Below the pieces are notes generated by a model. That model saw only the letters and a program-made list of their open reading frames with translations, made no database searches and was not told the origin of the DNA. The translations under genes and the position numbers were made by a program. Source: Candidatus Woesebacteria bacterium (GTDB taxonomy: Bacteria; Patescibacteriota; Microgenomatia; UBA8517). From it: DNA of 64,000 bases. Shown piece after piece: positions 1-10,134 of this stretch (within the stretch, counting starts at the first letter, position 1; every line of letters starts with the position of its first letter). The stretch covers positions 547,650 through 611,649 of the forward strand of contig CP066693.1 in the NCBI GenBank assembly GCA_016432525.1, in the 5' to 3' direction.

Positions 1-1
1 C

Positions 2-1723
2 TCAAGATGGTATACGAATGGCAATCTCGGCTCTTGGCTTATAATTATGAAACAAAAAGTAATTGATGAAGGAAATGTCGACCTCTTATTCTCACCTTTA
101 AAAACCTTACAAAACATAATAATACCAGACATTTTTAAATTATCATTTTCCCTCTTTTTAATCTCGTTAGTTATTGTTTTAATTTGGAAAAGGAAAAAGC
201 TTCTTTGGTTAGGTTTAATAATCATGCTTGCGCCAGTAGCTGTCCCTTATATAACTAATCAAGGTCAAATATTTGAATCATCTCATAGATATATCACCAC
301 ATCCCTTACAGGTTTTGCACTTTTTGTGCCAGTTGTCTTTAGTGAAATTTTCAAAAAAAATAATTTTAAATTCTTCTTTTCTTGTTCAATAGTAATCTTG
401 ATACATTTAATTCTTTTGAATAAACAGCAACTTGATATTATAAAAAATCGAAGTAATCCAACTAGAAAATTCTATGAACAACTAACAAGTGAAATAAAAA
501 CTCTTCCTAAAGGATCTGCGCTATTTTTTGATTCTAGAGATGATGGTATAAGTAAAAGTCAAGTAGGGGATGCTCTTGCAGTTGGATCTATGCCTTCAAC
601 TACATCAGTTGCCTTGCACTACAAAATTGATAGATATGACTTATACCTTCCAGAAAATTTTGATGAGATTTTAAGTTTAATAAGAGCCCAAAAAATTACA
701 AAAGATCATGTTTACACTTTTTATTACAGTTCGACATATGGCCTAACTAATACAAGTTCAGAAACAAAAAAAAATCTATTTAACGGCAGTCAAACAATAA
801 CTTTTATCGATCCTCAAAATATAAACTATAAATTTTCTTCACCTATTTTAGTATCCCTAAATGTCGTAGATAGAGTGAACATCTCTTCTCTAAAGCGCTC
901 GGAAACTAAAGTAAATAATCTAAAAGAATACTTCTCATATATAGAATCTAAAAATAGATACTATCAAAAAGTATCCGCTAGCTCTATTTCAGATTGGAAA
1001 TATCAAGAAATTAGATATTTAGTAGACAGAGATTTAACCACACCTTGGTCGGGAAGTAGGTTTCATTGGCATAACGAACACTCTGAAAGTGTAACCTTAG
1101 ACTTAGGAGAAGTAAGAAAAATTGGTGCAGTAAAAATGTTCCATCAATCAAAATTATTAGTTCCAAGTGAATATTCATATTTTTGTTCTAATGACAATAA
1201 AAACTGGAAGCTGTTAGGGAAATTCTCCTTTATTCCAATTGAAAATACAGGTGTAATAATTGACAAATTTGATCCACAGTTTTGTAGATTTGTAAAAGAT
1301 GAAATAACTAAAACTAAAGCTGACGATTCGCCTCAACTCTTAGAAATGGAAGTAGTTGATGCAGCATATTCTGATTTGGATTTTACCCTTGCAGATAATA
1401 TCCAAAAAAATCCTTTTGATTTTGTCGAGAACCAATCGGATGCCAATTTACTTCAAGAATACTTAACAAGTAATGGTTTAGATTCAAGCTTTTGTTTTTA
1501 TACAGATAAGTCAGAAAAACCATTCTGTCAATCTGTTAAGTTATCAATCAACACAGAAAAAAAATACACGTTAATAGTACCTTCCAATGGAATTGTTCTT
1601 AAAAAAATAATCATACCATCCCCAGATGCTTTAAAAGTTACAATCAAGAATGTGAGCATAAAACCTTTAAAATACTCAGAACTTGAAAATATGAATTATA
1701 TACATGATTATCAAGAATATTAA
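2..1723 (+). CDS. Partial (5'-truncated at window edge) membrane-associated protein with C-terminal discoidin/F5-8 type C-like carbohydrate-binding region
   Basis: Frame is open from nt 2 to the annotated Met at 47, so the gene probably starts upstream of the window. Hydrophobic helices at the N-terminal part; discoidin-like motif region (TPWSGSRFHWHNEHSESVTLDLGEVRKIGAVKMFHQ). Confidence 0.45.
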   Translation, partial: SRWYTNGNLGSWLIIMKQKVIDEGNVDLLFSPLKTLQNIIIPDIFKLSFSLFLISLVIVLIWKRKKLLWLGLIIMLAPVAVPYITNQGQIFESSHRYITTSLTGFALFVPVVFSEIFKKNNFKFFFSCSIVILIHLILLNKQQLDIIKNRSNPTRKFYEQLTSEIKTLPKGSALFFDSRDDGISKSQVGDALAVGSMPSTTSVALHYKIDRYDLYLPENFDEILSLIRAQKITKDHVYTFYYSSTYGLTNTSSETKKNLFNGSQTITFIDPQNINYKFSSPILVSLNVVDRVNISSLKRSETKVNNLKEYFSYIESKNRYYQKVSASSISDWKYQEIRYLVDRDLTTPWSGSRFHWHNEHSESVTLDLGEVRKIGAVKMFHQSKLLVPSEYSYFCSNDNKNWKLLGKFSFIPIENTGVIIDKFDPQFCRFVKDEITKTKADDSPQLLEMEVVDAAYSDLDFTLADNIQKNPFDFVENQSDANLLQEYLTSNGLDSSFCFYTDKSEKPFCQSVKLSINTEKKYTLIVPSNGIVLKKIIIPSPDALKVTIKNVSIKPLKYSELENMNYIHDYQEY

Positions 1724-1726
1724 ATC

Positions 1727-2770
1727 ATGAAACAAAAATTAGTTACAATTATTATTGTCAATTGGAATGGTCTTCATCATTTAAAAAAATGTCTTCCATC
1801 TTTATATAAACAAAATTACAAAAAAATAGAAATTATTCTAGTTGATAACGCATCAACTGATGAGTCTGTGGTTTGGACTAAAAAAAATTTCTCCAAAATC
1901 AAAATAATTAAGAATTCAAAAAATCTGGGTTTTGCTCAAGGAAATAATGTTGGCTATAAAATTGCTTCTGGGGAATATATCTTGTTTCTAAACAATGACA
2001 CTAAAGTTTCGAAAAACTTTTTGAAAGAACTTCTGAAGGTTTTATCATCAGATCCAAAAATAGGAGGAGCACAAAGCAAGATCCTTTTTATGGATAGTCC
2101 TAGTCAATTGGACTCAGCTGGCTCGTACATGACTTACACTGGATTTTTGTATCACTTAGGAATTTATCAAAACCCCAAAAATTTTAAAAAACAATTTGAG
2201 ATTTTTTCTGCTAAAGGAGCTTGCATGATCTTTAAGAAAAAAGTAATAGATAAAATCTTGATAGATGGAAATATCTTCGATAGTCGATTTTTTGCGTATT
2301 TCGAAGAGACAGATTTTTGCCACAGAGTATGGTTGTCAGGTTACAAAATTGTATTTGCACCAAAATCAATAATTTACCATAAATTCGGAGCAACAAGCAT
2401 TCTTCTAGCAAAACCATTTATTGAATATCACTCTTACAAAAATCGAATCAACAGTTATATTAAAAATCTTTCCCTCAAAAATCTTTTGATAATTTTACCT
2501 ATACATATTCTTGCATGCGAATTTCTTTCTTTAATTTTCATATTAAGAAACAAATTCCATGTATTTTTAGCCATACAAAAAGCATTTTTTTGGAATATAA
2601 TCAATTTGCCTAAAACTATAGCCATTCGATTTTATATTCAAAATAAAATTCGAAAAGTGGAAGATCATATATTTTTTCACAAAATTATGCATAATCCAGA
2701 ATTCGATTATTATCTTTCAGCAGTAAAAGGCTGGAATATTACTCAAATCACCAAAAAAAATGAAAAATAA
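1727..2770 (+). CDS. Family 2 glycosyltransferase (rhamnosyl/GalNAc-transferase-like)
   Basis: N-terminal GT-A signature (IIIVNWNG...LYKQNYKKIEIILVDNASTDES); DxD-like region (FLNND); EETDFCHR motif typical of GT2 rhamnosyltransferase-like enzymes. Paralogous to the GT2 genes at 30179 and 35011. Confidence 0.8.
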   Translation: MKQKLVTIIIVNWNGLHHLKKCLPSLYKQNYKKIEIILVDNASTDESVVWTKKNFSKIKIIKNSKNLGFAQGNNVGYKIASGEYILFLNNDTKVSKNFLKELLKVLSSDPKIGGAQSKILFMDSPSQLDSAGSYMTYTGFLYHLGIYQNPKNFKKQFEIFSAKGACMIFKKKVIDKILIDGNIFDSRFFAYFEETDFCHRVWLSGYKIVFAPKSIIYHKFGATSILLAKPFIEYHSYKNRINSYIKNLSLKNLLIILPIHILACEFLSLIFILRNKFHVFLAIQKAFFWNIINLPKTIAIRFYIQNKIRKVEDHIFFHKIMHNPEFDYYLSAVKGWNITQITKKNEK

Positions 2771-5700
2771 ATCAATAATTTTTACTTTAATCTATACGAT
2801 ATTGGGTTTAATAGGCCTATTATTTTTGTCTAAGTTTTGGTTACCTAATGGTTTTACAATAGCTGGCCATGATTCAGGATTATCTCTAGATTCTAAACAA
2901 TTTTTACTTTCCAGGTTGTTTGCTTGGAATCCCAACATAGGTTTTGGTGTAGATAATTCCTTTTTATTCGGAAGTCTCACCTTGCATTTTGTAGATTATT
3001 TATCTTCTTCAATTAGCGGAAATATTTTTGCCGGAAATTGGTTAAATATCTTTTTCTGGCTAGGGTTAATATTTATCTCCGCGGTATTCTTTGCCAACCA
3101 CTTTAAAAACACTTTTGGAGAATATTTTGTTTTTATTTTCCCTCCACTTGTTATTTTTAATTTCTACCTTTTCCAATCGATATTTATTTTAGAACGAGCA
3201 AAATACAGTATATTAATTGGAATATTATTTTTTGTACCCATCCTTCTCAAATTTCTAAATAAAAAAATTTCTCTGTCACTAGCCTCAATAATTAGTGCCT
3301 TTATATTTTTTATCTTCAATGGAGGAAGTCTTCTTGGACTCTCTCTTTTTGGTAGCTTATTTGTAATTATCGGATGCATATTCATTTTCAATCTCGCTTC
3401 AGACATAAAAACCAGGAATTTTTCTCAGACAATTCGTTATGTCGTATTTTTATTGTTAACTGCAATAATCTTTGTTTTATTAAATAGCTATCAAATTTTT
3501 CCTTTTCTCCACGAAAGTCGTAGTCAAAGCTATTTTGATGCCCTTGGAGGAGCAGGAACACTTCAAAGCATCGATTGGGTTGATTACATTAGCAAGAACA
3601 CATCTCTCTTAAGTTTGCTTCGATTAGAAGGAGTACCAAGCTGGTATTCTGATTCCATAACCGCAAACCCCGAGCACCCTTACGCCTCGTTTTATTTAGA
3701 CAACGATTCTCAAATTCTTGTAAGTTTTATTTTTCCAGTTTTAGCAATATCTTGTTTTGTTCTTTACAAAAGTCATAAACAAAAAAAATTATTGTCCCTT
3801 TTTGGTTTAATTGTAATTACTTCAGCTTTTCTCTCAAGTGGAACCCATCCTCCTCTTGGTTCAATTTACACATTTTTGTATAAACACTTACCTGGTTTTT
3901 TTATTTTCAGAAATCCGTATTACAAATTTGCAGGTGGATATTTAATTGGGATGTCAGTACTTATTGCAGGAGCTTTCTCCTTCATAATTACTAAAATAAA
4001 CAAAAAGTTTATATGTCTTTTTTTAAGTTTCTTAATAATCTGTGGATGGATTACCTATCACTACAAACTACTTTTGCCTGATCAGGTTTTCACTTGGAAA
4101 ACAAATTTCACAACTAAGGTAAATATTCCAAGTTATGTTTTTGATTTTTACAAGTGGAACAACTCAGAAAACTTAAAAAATGGAAAAATCCTCCTACTCC
4201 CAAAGCTTAACGATCGATACTTTGCAGACAGTTATGTCTGGAAATATTGGAGTCTTTCTCCGTTAACATACACTCTAGCTACAGTTCCTGGGTTAATTAA
4301 CGAGGCAGATTTAAATGGAGGGGAAATGGCTTGGGTAAACAAAATGTATTCCGCAATCGACTCATCAGATGCCGAAGAAATAAATCTACTAGCTTCAAAA
4401 CTTAACATACGTTATCTTTTACTAAGAAACGATACAGGTAGTTCAGAAGGCAATCAAAAAATACAAAAAACACTTGATAATCTAGCAGGAATCACAAGTT
4501 ATAAAAAATTCGGAGAATGGAGTTTATATCGCGCTGAAAACGTTAACTCAAAAATTATAGATATTTCCCAATCAATCACACTAACATCCAATGAGGGAGC
4601 ATATACTTCCCGTGAATTTGCGCCAAACGAAACAGTAATTACACAAGAAGGTTCTGATGTTGAAAAAACGCTGTCTCCTTTCGCAAACAAAAAAATAAGA
4701 ACATATTTCTGCGACTCTTGTCTACTTGAACAGGTTAATAATGATCAATCTTTACCTCCAACTAGAGTATTGCCAAATTCGCCACTTTATTTTTTGAAAG
4801 ATAGAAATGATCAAAATACAATTAATCAATCTTCAGATGATTCAAGTAAAATCATCAATTATTTAATACTTGCTTTCAGAAAAACTGCTGAAGTTAAATC
4901 AATGGCTGCTATGAACATAGAGGACAGATATCTAAATATAGGAATGCAAAAAATTAACGAATATCTTGCCAACAGCCTTGCGCTTTTAAATAAGCATCCC
5001 GAATTATCAACAAATTATTTAATGGCTAAACAAACTCTCAACACTACCCTTCCACTCTTAAAAGAACTGCAAAAATTTGTAAAAACCCGCGAGTTTAGTC
5101 AAAACCAAGGCAAAATCGGCCAGCTTGTTTACACTGAAATAAACCTTCTCAATAATCTTAATGATTATTATAAACCAATTTATCGTGATATAGATTACTT
5201 AAAAAACAATAAAACATATGAGTTAGGTAAGGAAACTGAATTATATTTGGATATGAACAGTTTAAGTACAGATAAAAATGGAAAAATTCACAAACCCACT
5301 ACAATTTATTACAAAACTGCCAATTCCGAAGAAAAAATTACATTACAAAATACAGACAGTAGGTGGCAAAAAATTAACATGCCAAATAATATGGCAGATA
5401 CTGCAATCCTTACTTTACAGTTCGATCAGCCAGACATGTTTGTACAAGGAAAAAGTGGAATTCATTCTTTTCCTAGTGGAAACCATGGTTGTTCAGAAGG
5501 GAAAATCTATAATTTTAATTCAGACAAGACATATGAAATAAAAATTTTAGTAAACGATAAAGCTCAGCAACTAAATTTATTTTTTCAAAATTCAGGAAGC
5601 AATGAACTAAAAAGAAATGTTGATATCTACCCTATAGAAATCAGTCAACCCTTTATTTATATATATCATCCTGACCACGAAGATAACGATCCAACAGTTT

Positions 5701-6200
5701 ACATTTGTAGTCAAGATAGAGATTTACCCATTATTGGTGCAATATCAATCTACGAACTTACCTCACCTAGGATCCAAGCTATGGAAACAACAGTTGGTTC
5801 ACTTTTCTCATCTAATTCTAAAATCTCCTACCAAATACTAGATAAAACCAAATACTTAATTAACGTAGATGGAAATGGTTACGCTTTTATTACATTCGCG
5901 CAACGCTTTAGCCAGTTCTGGAAACTTTACAAGATTGATAGTAATTTTAATCTTAGCGACAAATTAGCTTGGATAAAAAATTGGACTACTCAAAAACAAA
6001 ATACCTCACATTTTATAGTAAACGGTTTTGAAAACGGTTGGCTCATCAATTCTAATGATCAAAAAACAACATGGGTTTTGGAATATGTTCCTCAAGAATT
6101 TTTCTTTTTAGGTTCTTTAGTTACAATCTTCTCTATACTCGCATTCTTTTTATTTGGCGTTTTCCTTTTAGTAAAAGAATATAAACATGAAAAAGTATAA
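2760..6200 (+). CDS. Large polytopic membrane protein, GT-C-like glycosyltransferase candidate (1146 aa) with big extracytoplasmic domain and C-terminal TM anchor
   Basis: Roughly 12 or more predicted TM helices in the first ~450 aa, a long soluble region, and a final hydrophobic helix. Start overlaps the upstream GT2 stop (atgaaaaaTAA). Architecture resembles YfhO/AftD-like GT-C enzymes. Family not verifiable by eye. Confidence 0.45.
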   Translation: MKNKSIIFTLIYTILGLIGLLFLSKFWLPNGFTIAGHDSGLSLDSKQFLLSRLFAWNPNIGFGVDNSFLFGSLTLHFVDYLSSSISGNIFAGNWLNIFFWLGLIFISAVFFANHFKNTFGEYFVFIFPPLVIFNFYLFQSIFILERAKYSILIGILFFVPILLKFLNKKISLSLASIISAFIFFIFNGGSLLGLSLFGSLFVIIGCIFIFNLASDIKTRNFSQTIRYVVFLLLTAIIFVLLNSYQIFPFLHESRSQSYFDALGGAGTLQSIDWVDYISKNTSLLSLLRLEGVPSWYSDSITANPEHPYASFYLDNDSQILVSFIFPVLAISCFVLYKSHKQKKLLSLFGLIVITSAFLSSGTHPPLGSIYTFLYKHLPGFFIFRNPYYKFAGGYLIGMSVLIAGAFSFIITKINKKFICLFLSFLIICGWITYHYKLLLPDQVFTWKTNFTTKVNIPSYVFDFYKWNNSENLKNGKILLLPKLNDRYFADSYVWKYWSLSPLTYTLATVPGLINEADLNGGEMAWVNKMYSAIDSSDAEEINLLASKLNIRYLLLRNDTGSSEGNQKIQKTLDNLAGITSYKKFGEWSLYRAENVNSKIIDISQSITLTSNEGAYTSREFAPNETVITQEGSDVEKTLSPFANKKIRTYFCDSCLLEQVNNDQSLPPTRVLPNSPLYFLKDRNDQNTINQSSDDSSKIINYLILAFRKTAEVKSMAAMNIEDRYLNIGMQKINEYLANSLALLNKHPELSTNYLMAKQTLNTTLPLLKELQKFVKTREFSQNQGKIGQLVYTEINLLNNLNDYYKPIYRDIDYLKNNKTYELGKETELYLDMNSLSTDKNGKIHKPTTIYYKTANSEEKITLQNTDSRWQKINMPNNMADTAILTLQFDQPDMFVQGKSGIHSFPSGNHGCSEGKIYNFNSDKTYEIKILVNDKAQQLNLFFQNSGSNELKRNVDIYPIEISQPFIYIYHPDHEDNDPTVYICSQDRDLPIIGAISIYELTSPRIQAMETTVGSLFSSNSKISYQILDKTKYLINVDGNGYAFITFAQRFSQFWKLYKIDSNFNLSDKLAWIKNWTTQKQNTSHFIVNGFENGWLINSNDQKTTWVLEYVPQEFFFLGSLVTIFSILAFFLFGVFLLVKEYKHEKV

Positions 6201-6546
6201 AACTGATCAGATCGAAATTGCTATTTATCGCTGGATTATCCGAAAAAGGGTAAAGATAATTCTAAGTCTTATTGCAATTGCGATAATATATCTCTTTTCT
6301 ATATTGCCTTATTTCAATATTTTAATAAGCAAAGAGATGGTTTATTTGATAATTACAATAATAGTTATATTAATTTTTGGTTTAAAGTCACAAACAATAT
6401 TCAAAATAACGGTTTTATTATTATTTCTTACTTTTTTTCTAGTTTTTATAAAACGTGATTATTTAGCAGAATTGGTTGGGGATGTAGTGTTTGTTCTTTT
6501 TGCACTCGGAATTTTTATGCAAATTTTTAAAAATAATGAAAAATAA
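6187..6546 (+). CDS. Small 4-TM membrane protein (possible GtrA-like lipid-linked sugar translocase accessory)
   Basis: 119 aa, four hydrophobic segments, embedded between GT-C-like genes. Assignment to the GtrA family is speculative. Confidence 0.3.
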   Translation: MKKYKTDQIEIAIYRWIIRKRVKIILSLIAIAIIYLFSILPYFNILISKEMVYLIITIIVILIFGLKSQTIFKITVLLLFLTFFLVFIKRDYLAELVGDVVFVLFALGIFMQIFKNNEK

Positions 6547-9022
6547 ATATTTTTGGCTAATTTGCTCAGTTAGTCTTTTTTTAGTAGTTTTAGCTTCATA
6601 CGGTTTTATTTTAAATTTATTTTTTTGGAGAGACGACTACGCACTTTTATATCAATTAAAACAAGGTGGTTTATTTGATTGGCCTTACCAAGCAATTACT
6701 CTAATATATTATCCTTTTTATATTTTCTTCAAAGCCAATCCAGTTTATTATTTTCTAATTTCATTTTTACTTTATTTTGCGTTTTGTTTTCTTTTAGTAA
6801 AATTTGTTCTGTATTTCACGAAAGATAAATTTACTTCTTACCTCTCAGGGCTAATTCTTGCAACAGGTTACATAGGATTAGAAATTATGTATATGGTTGG
6901 CACATCCATGTCTGGTTTAATATATATACTACCCAGCATCTTTATAATTTTCCTATACGAAGAAACTCTTAGAACCAACAAAAAAGCAAAACACATTCTT
7001 CCTTTCAGCTTGTATCTAGTTCTATTATTCCTTTTTCCTCATCGAGCACACTCACTTTTTGCAATCATTTTCTTGACGGATCTGTTCTTCTCTAAGATCA
7101 AAACACCTATTTTAAGCATTAAACGTTTCAAAACTACATTTTTGAGAACAAGTCCTTATCTCATAACCACCGCCATCGCTTTTATTTCTTTGCCTCGATT
7201 TTTTACACCTCAAGCTTCTTCCTCATCTTCATTGCAAGTGATTACTAGTTTTATTAAAAACTTTAACTTAAATTATATAAAATTTTTTTTTGCAGATTTT
7301 ACAAGTTTTTTTATTCCCGACCGTTTTCATCTTTCTCTCACTCAATCTGCTATTTTCGGTTTTTTTTCATTAATAGTAGGTTTAATTTTGATAAAATTAC
7401 CATCAGATAAAAAAACAAAAAATTTTTTGCAATTCTCATTTCTTGTTTGGATAGCAAGTTTTGTTAGTTACTATATAGCTACTCCCGACATAGTATTTTA
7501 CTCAACTCAAAGGTATTTACTTTTCTCATATCCATTTTTAATTCCAATTATTGCTTACTTTTTAAAATATTTGATTTTTGAGAAAAAAAATCTGTCTCTA
7601 AAAATAATTGGGTCGTTACTACTTATATTGCTAATATTTTTTCACTTGAGAGAAACTTTTCTTTACAAAAAAGATATTGTGAAAAGAGCAGAGGCAACAA
7701 CCAACTTTTTTAGTGATCTTCAAAAAGAAGTTCCAGAAATTCACAGAAAAACTATATTCTATTTTGATACAGTTTCAGATCCCGCAACTGAAGATATATT
7801 TGGAGATATCCTAAGAGTGGGTTTTTACCCAACAGAAGCTTCTTTAGCAAGTTATTATGGTGTCAAAATGTCAGACATAAAGATTGCAGATAACTACGAT
7901 GATTATATTAAAGAAAAAAATAATCTTTCAGATTCATACATGTTTTTTTATGACATTTCAAAAAAATTGATAAAAATTACCCCAACAAAAACAAAGCCTC
8001 AAAAATTGCAACTTAATTTTGCCAAGAAACCAATAAGCCAAAAATCCAATATTCTAATCACTCAAGATAAAAGCACCAGCTCAAATAATCTCATTAATTT
8101 AAAAATGGATAATTTTCCACTTTTTGGTCGTCTCTCAATCAATCTAAACTTAACAGCGCAAGATTTAATATCTGAAATTAAAAAATTTCCTTATAAGGAC
8201 GAATCATCGAGTGTTCCAGACAATCTACCAATAAAAATGATTCACGAAAAAAATTATCTCAATACTTTACTTTCTTATATTCAAGATAGAGAAAAATTTA
8301 GAAACCTTGTCCATTTATCATCCAGTAAATACGTTGAAGGCAAAGATCCTAAAAATGCAATAGATGGCAATCTTGATACAGAATGGGAAGCTGACAAAAG
8401 AGACTGGCTAGATACTCAAACAGCATCTCTAGAATTTCAATTTGATAATCTTTTCCTTCTGTCGCAAATAAGATTTATTACTTCACACCCAAGTAGACTA
8501 CCCATCGAATATGAATATTATTATTTTAATGAAAAAGCAGACAGATGGGAGTTATTTTATAAATCTAAAAAAATGAATTATTTAAATAATGTTTATATAA
8601 TAGATTCATTTACTCCGATCAGATCTAAAAAGTTCAAAATGGTTATAACAAAAACGCTAACAGGTGACTTTCCAGGTATATCCGAAATCGAATTACTACC
8701 CAATTCTAATAATGTCGATTCTCGTTTGGCAAATTTCATTATCAACAACCCAATGGCTGATATACAAAGTAAGGATGAGGCAAACATCATTCTCTCTTCC
8801 ATAAAAGAAAATATTAAGCTTTATATTTATCCCATATCAGACAAATATCTAGTTAAAAACGAAGCCGGAAGGATAGAAGTACCTATTTTCCTGGATGGTA
8901 AACCCCACAATTACCACATATCTTTACCACAAGGAGGAACAGTTTTGAAAGCTCTTATACTACAACTTCCTAATATTCCCATAAAAGTAAGTGTCAATTC
9001 AATAAATATTCAAACAGAATAG
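6536..9022 (+). CDS. Polytopic membrane protein with C-terminal F5/8 type C (discoidin) domain
   Basis: The ORF track starts at 6491, but the Met at 6536 gives the canonical ATGAAAAATAA overlap with the upstream stop. N-terminal multi-TM region. C-terminal discoidin-like segment (KDPKNAIDGNLDTEWEADKRDWLDTQTASLEFQFDNLFLLSQIRF). Confidence 0.55.
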   Translation: MKNKYFWLICSVSLFLVVLASYGFILNLFFWRDDYALLYQLKQGGLFDWPYQAITLIYYPFYIFFKANPVYYFLISFLLYFAFCFLLVKFVLYFTKDKFTSYLSGLILATGYIGLEIMYMVGTSMSGLIYILPSIFIIFLYEETLRTNKKAKHILPFSLYLVLLFLFPHRAHSLFAIIFLTDLFFSKIKTPILSIKRFKTTFLRTSPYLITTAIAFISLPRFFTPQASSSSSLQVITSFIKNFNLNYIKFFFADFTSFFIPDRFHLSLTQSAIFGFFSLIVGLILIKLPSDKKTKNFLQFSFLVWIASFVSYYIATPDIVFYSTQRYLLFSYPFLIPIIAYFLKYLIFEKKNLSLKIIGSLLLILLIFFHLRETFLYKKDIVKRAEATTNFFSDLQKEVPEIHRKTIFYFDTVSDPATEDIFGDILRVGFYPTEASLASYYGVKMSDIKIADNYDDYIKEKNNLSDSYMFFYDISKKLIKITPTKTKPQKLQLNFAKKPISQKSNILITQDKSTSSNNLINLKMDNFPLFGRLSINLNLTAQDLISEIKKFPYKDESSSVPDNLPIKMIHEKNYLNTLLSYIQDREKFRNLVHLSSSKYVEGKDPKNAIDGNLDTEWEADKRDWLDTQTASLEFQFDNLFLLSQIRFITSHPSRLPIEYEYYYFNEKADRWELFYKSKKMNYLNNVYIIDSFTPIRSKKFKMVITKTLTGDFPGISEIELLPNSNNVDSRLANFIINNPMADIQSKDEANIILSSIKENIKLYIYPISDKYLVKNEAGRIEVPIFLDGKPHNYHISLPQGGTVLKALILQLPNIPIKVSVNSINIQTE

Positions 9023-9029
9023 ATTCTTA

Positions 9030-10118
9030 TTATCTTATTATGTCTGCGTAAGTTTTTTGATCTTTACCGGTTCGAGTAATGTAATGCCAATCTGTACACT
9101 TGGCACAGGGAGAGTCGGTAGGAATAGTTTGCGAAAGATGATTTTTTCTGATCTCTTGCATCTTGGGAGAATTCCACAATTCCTCAACTTTTCCATCTTC
9201 TGGAAACATTCCAATGTCAAATTCTTGTCTGTCCCATCCATGAGGGCACCATGTTACTCTTATTTGTCCATCTTCATTGCCAACAGCCAAACTTACTCTC
9301 AAGAATGGAAAATGACAGGGCCATCTTTTTAAATTTCCCATTTCAGTTATAACACCATCTACTATTTTTACTTCATCAACATTTTCTTGACCAGTTAAAC
9401 CCGCGTTTGAATTAAGTGGCCGCATAGAAACGCTGTCTACTCCAAGTTTTGCAGCCAATTTTACAAATTCATCTACAATGCCTTCAGTTTCTGGTCTCAA
9501 AATCATATTCATCATAATTTTAGTACCCACTTTTCTGCCGTCTTTCTTCATTAGTTCTCTCCGATTAACTAAGTTCGATATGTTTTTTATTACAGTCTGA
9601 AAATAATTCGTGCCGCTTTGCGATTTTCTAACAATTGAGTAAAGATCTTCTCTTGGTGAATCTACACTTACATTAATCATAGATATATTGGCTTGTAAAA
9701 GCTGTAATGCCATTTGATCATCCAAAAGAATACCATTAGTTGTCATTCCAATTCGAAAATTTCTATCAGTCGAATATTTAACTATATCAACAATTCTGGG
9801 ATGCATAAGAGGCTCTCCGTTTGCTGTTAATTGCAAAGCAGGCTTAGTAGGCCAAGTAGCAATCTCATCCAATGCTCTAAATAAAACTCTCGCGTCCATA
9901 AAAGGAGGTCTTACTTCTTCACCTCGATGTAAAGCTTTTGTGCGCGCAAGCATACGCTCAGGGAGAGGGCAGTGGGGACATGCCAAGTTACATATATTTT
10001 CAACGACATCTAAATTCACCGATCTGGGAAGTCCCTGCCAATGTCTAATTTCCAACTCTGTTGGAGGTTCGCCAAGCGTAGTTCTTAACACCTCAATTCG
10101 CGAATTTTCAGCGCTCAT
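9030..10118 (-). CDS. Radical SAM enzyme with C-terminal SPASM/twitch-like Cys cluster
   Basis: CNLACPHCP (CxxxCxxC) near the N-terminus. C-terminal cysteines (CPHGW...CAKCTDWHY). G+C visibly higher than neighbours. Last gene of the minus-strand Arn-like operon. Confidence 0.75.
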   Translation of the reverse strand: MSAENSRIEVLRTTLGEPPTELEIRHWQGLPRSVNLDVVENICNLACPHCPLPERMLARTKALHRGEEVRPPFMDARVLFRALDEIATWPTKPALQLTANGEPLMHPRIVDIVKYSTDRNFRIGMTTNGILLDDQMALQLLQANISMINVSVDSPREDLYSIVRKSQSGTNYFQTVIKNISNLVNRRELMKKDGRKVGTKIMMNMILRPETEGIVDEFVKLAAKLGVDSVSMRPLNSNAGLTGQENVDEVKIVDGVITEMGNLKRWPCHFPFLRVSLAVGNEDGQIRVTWCPHGWDRQEFDIGMFPEDGKVEELWNSPKMQEIRKNHLSQTIPTDSPCAKCTDWHYITRTGKDQKTYADIIR

Positions 10119-10134
10119 TGTTATTTATTGTACA

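Noticed and set aside
2232-2417. 61-aa minus-strand ORF antisense to the GT2 gene. The same applies to other short antisense ORFs in the track, for example 2792-2980, 3164-3406, 4499-4690, 8593-8802, 17744-17950, 24866-25108, 31588-31797, 34183-34380, 35049-35309, 57114-57446, 57654-58079 and 58869-59174.
   Set aside because: All lie entirely inside longer, motif-supported genes on the opposite strand. They have low-complexity or hydrophobic translations and no start signals. Typical shadow ORFs of A+T-rich DNA.
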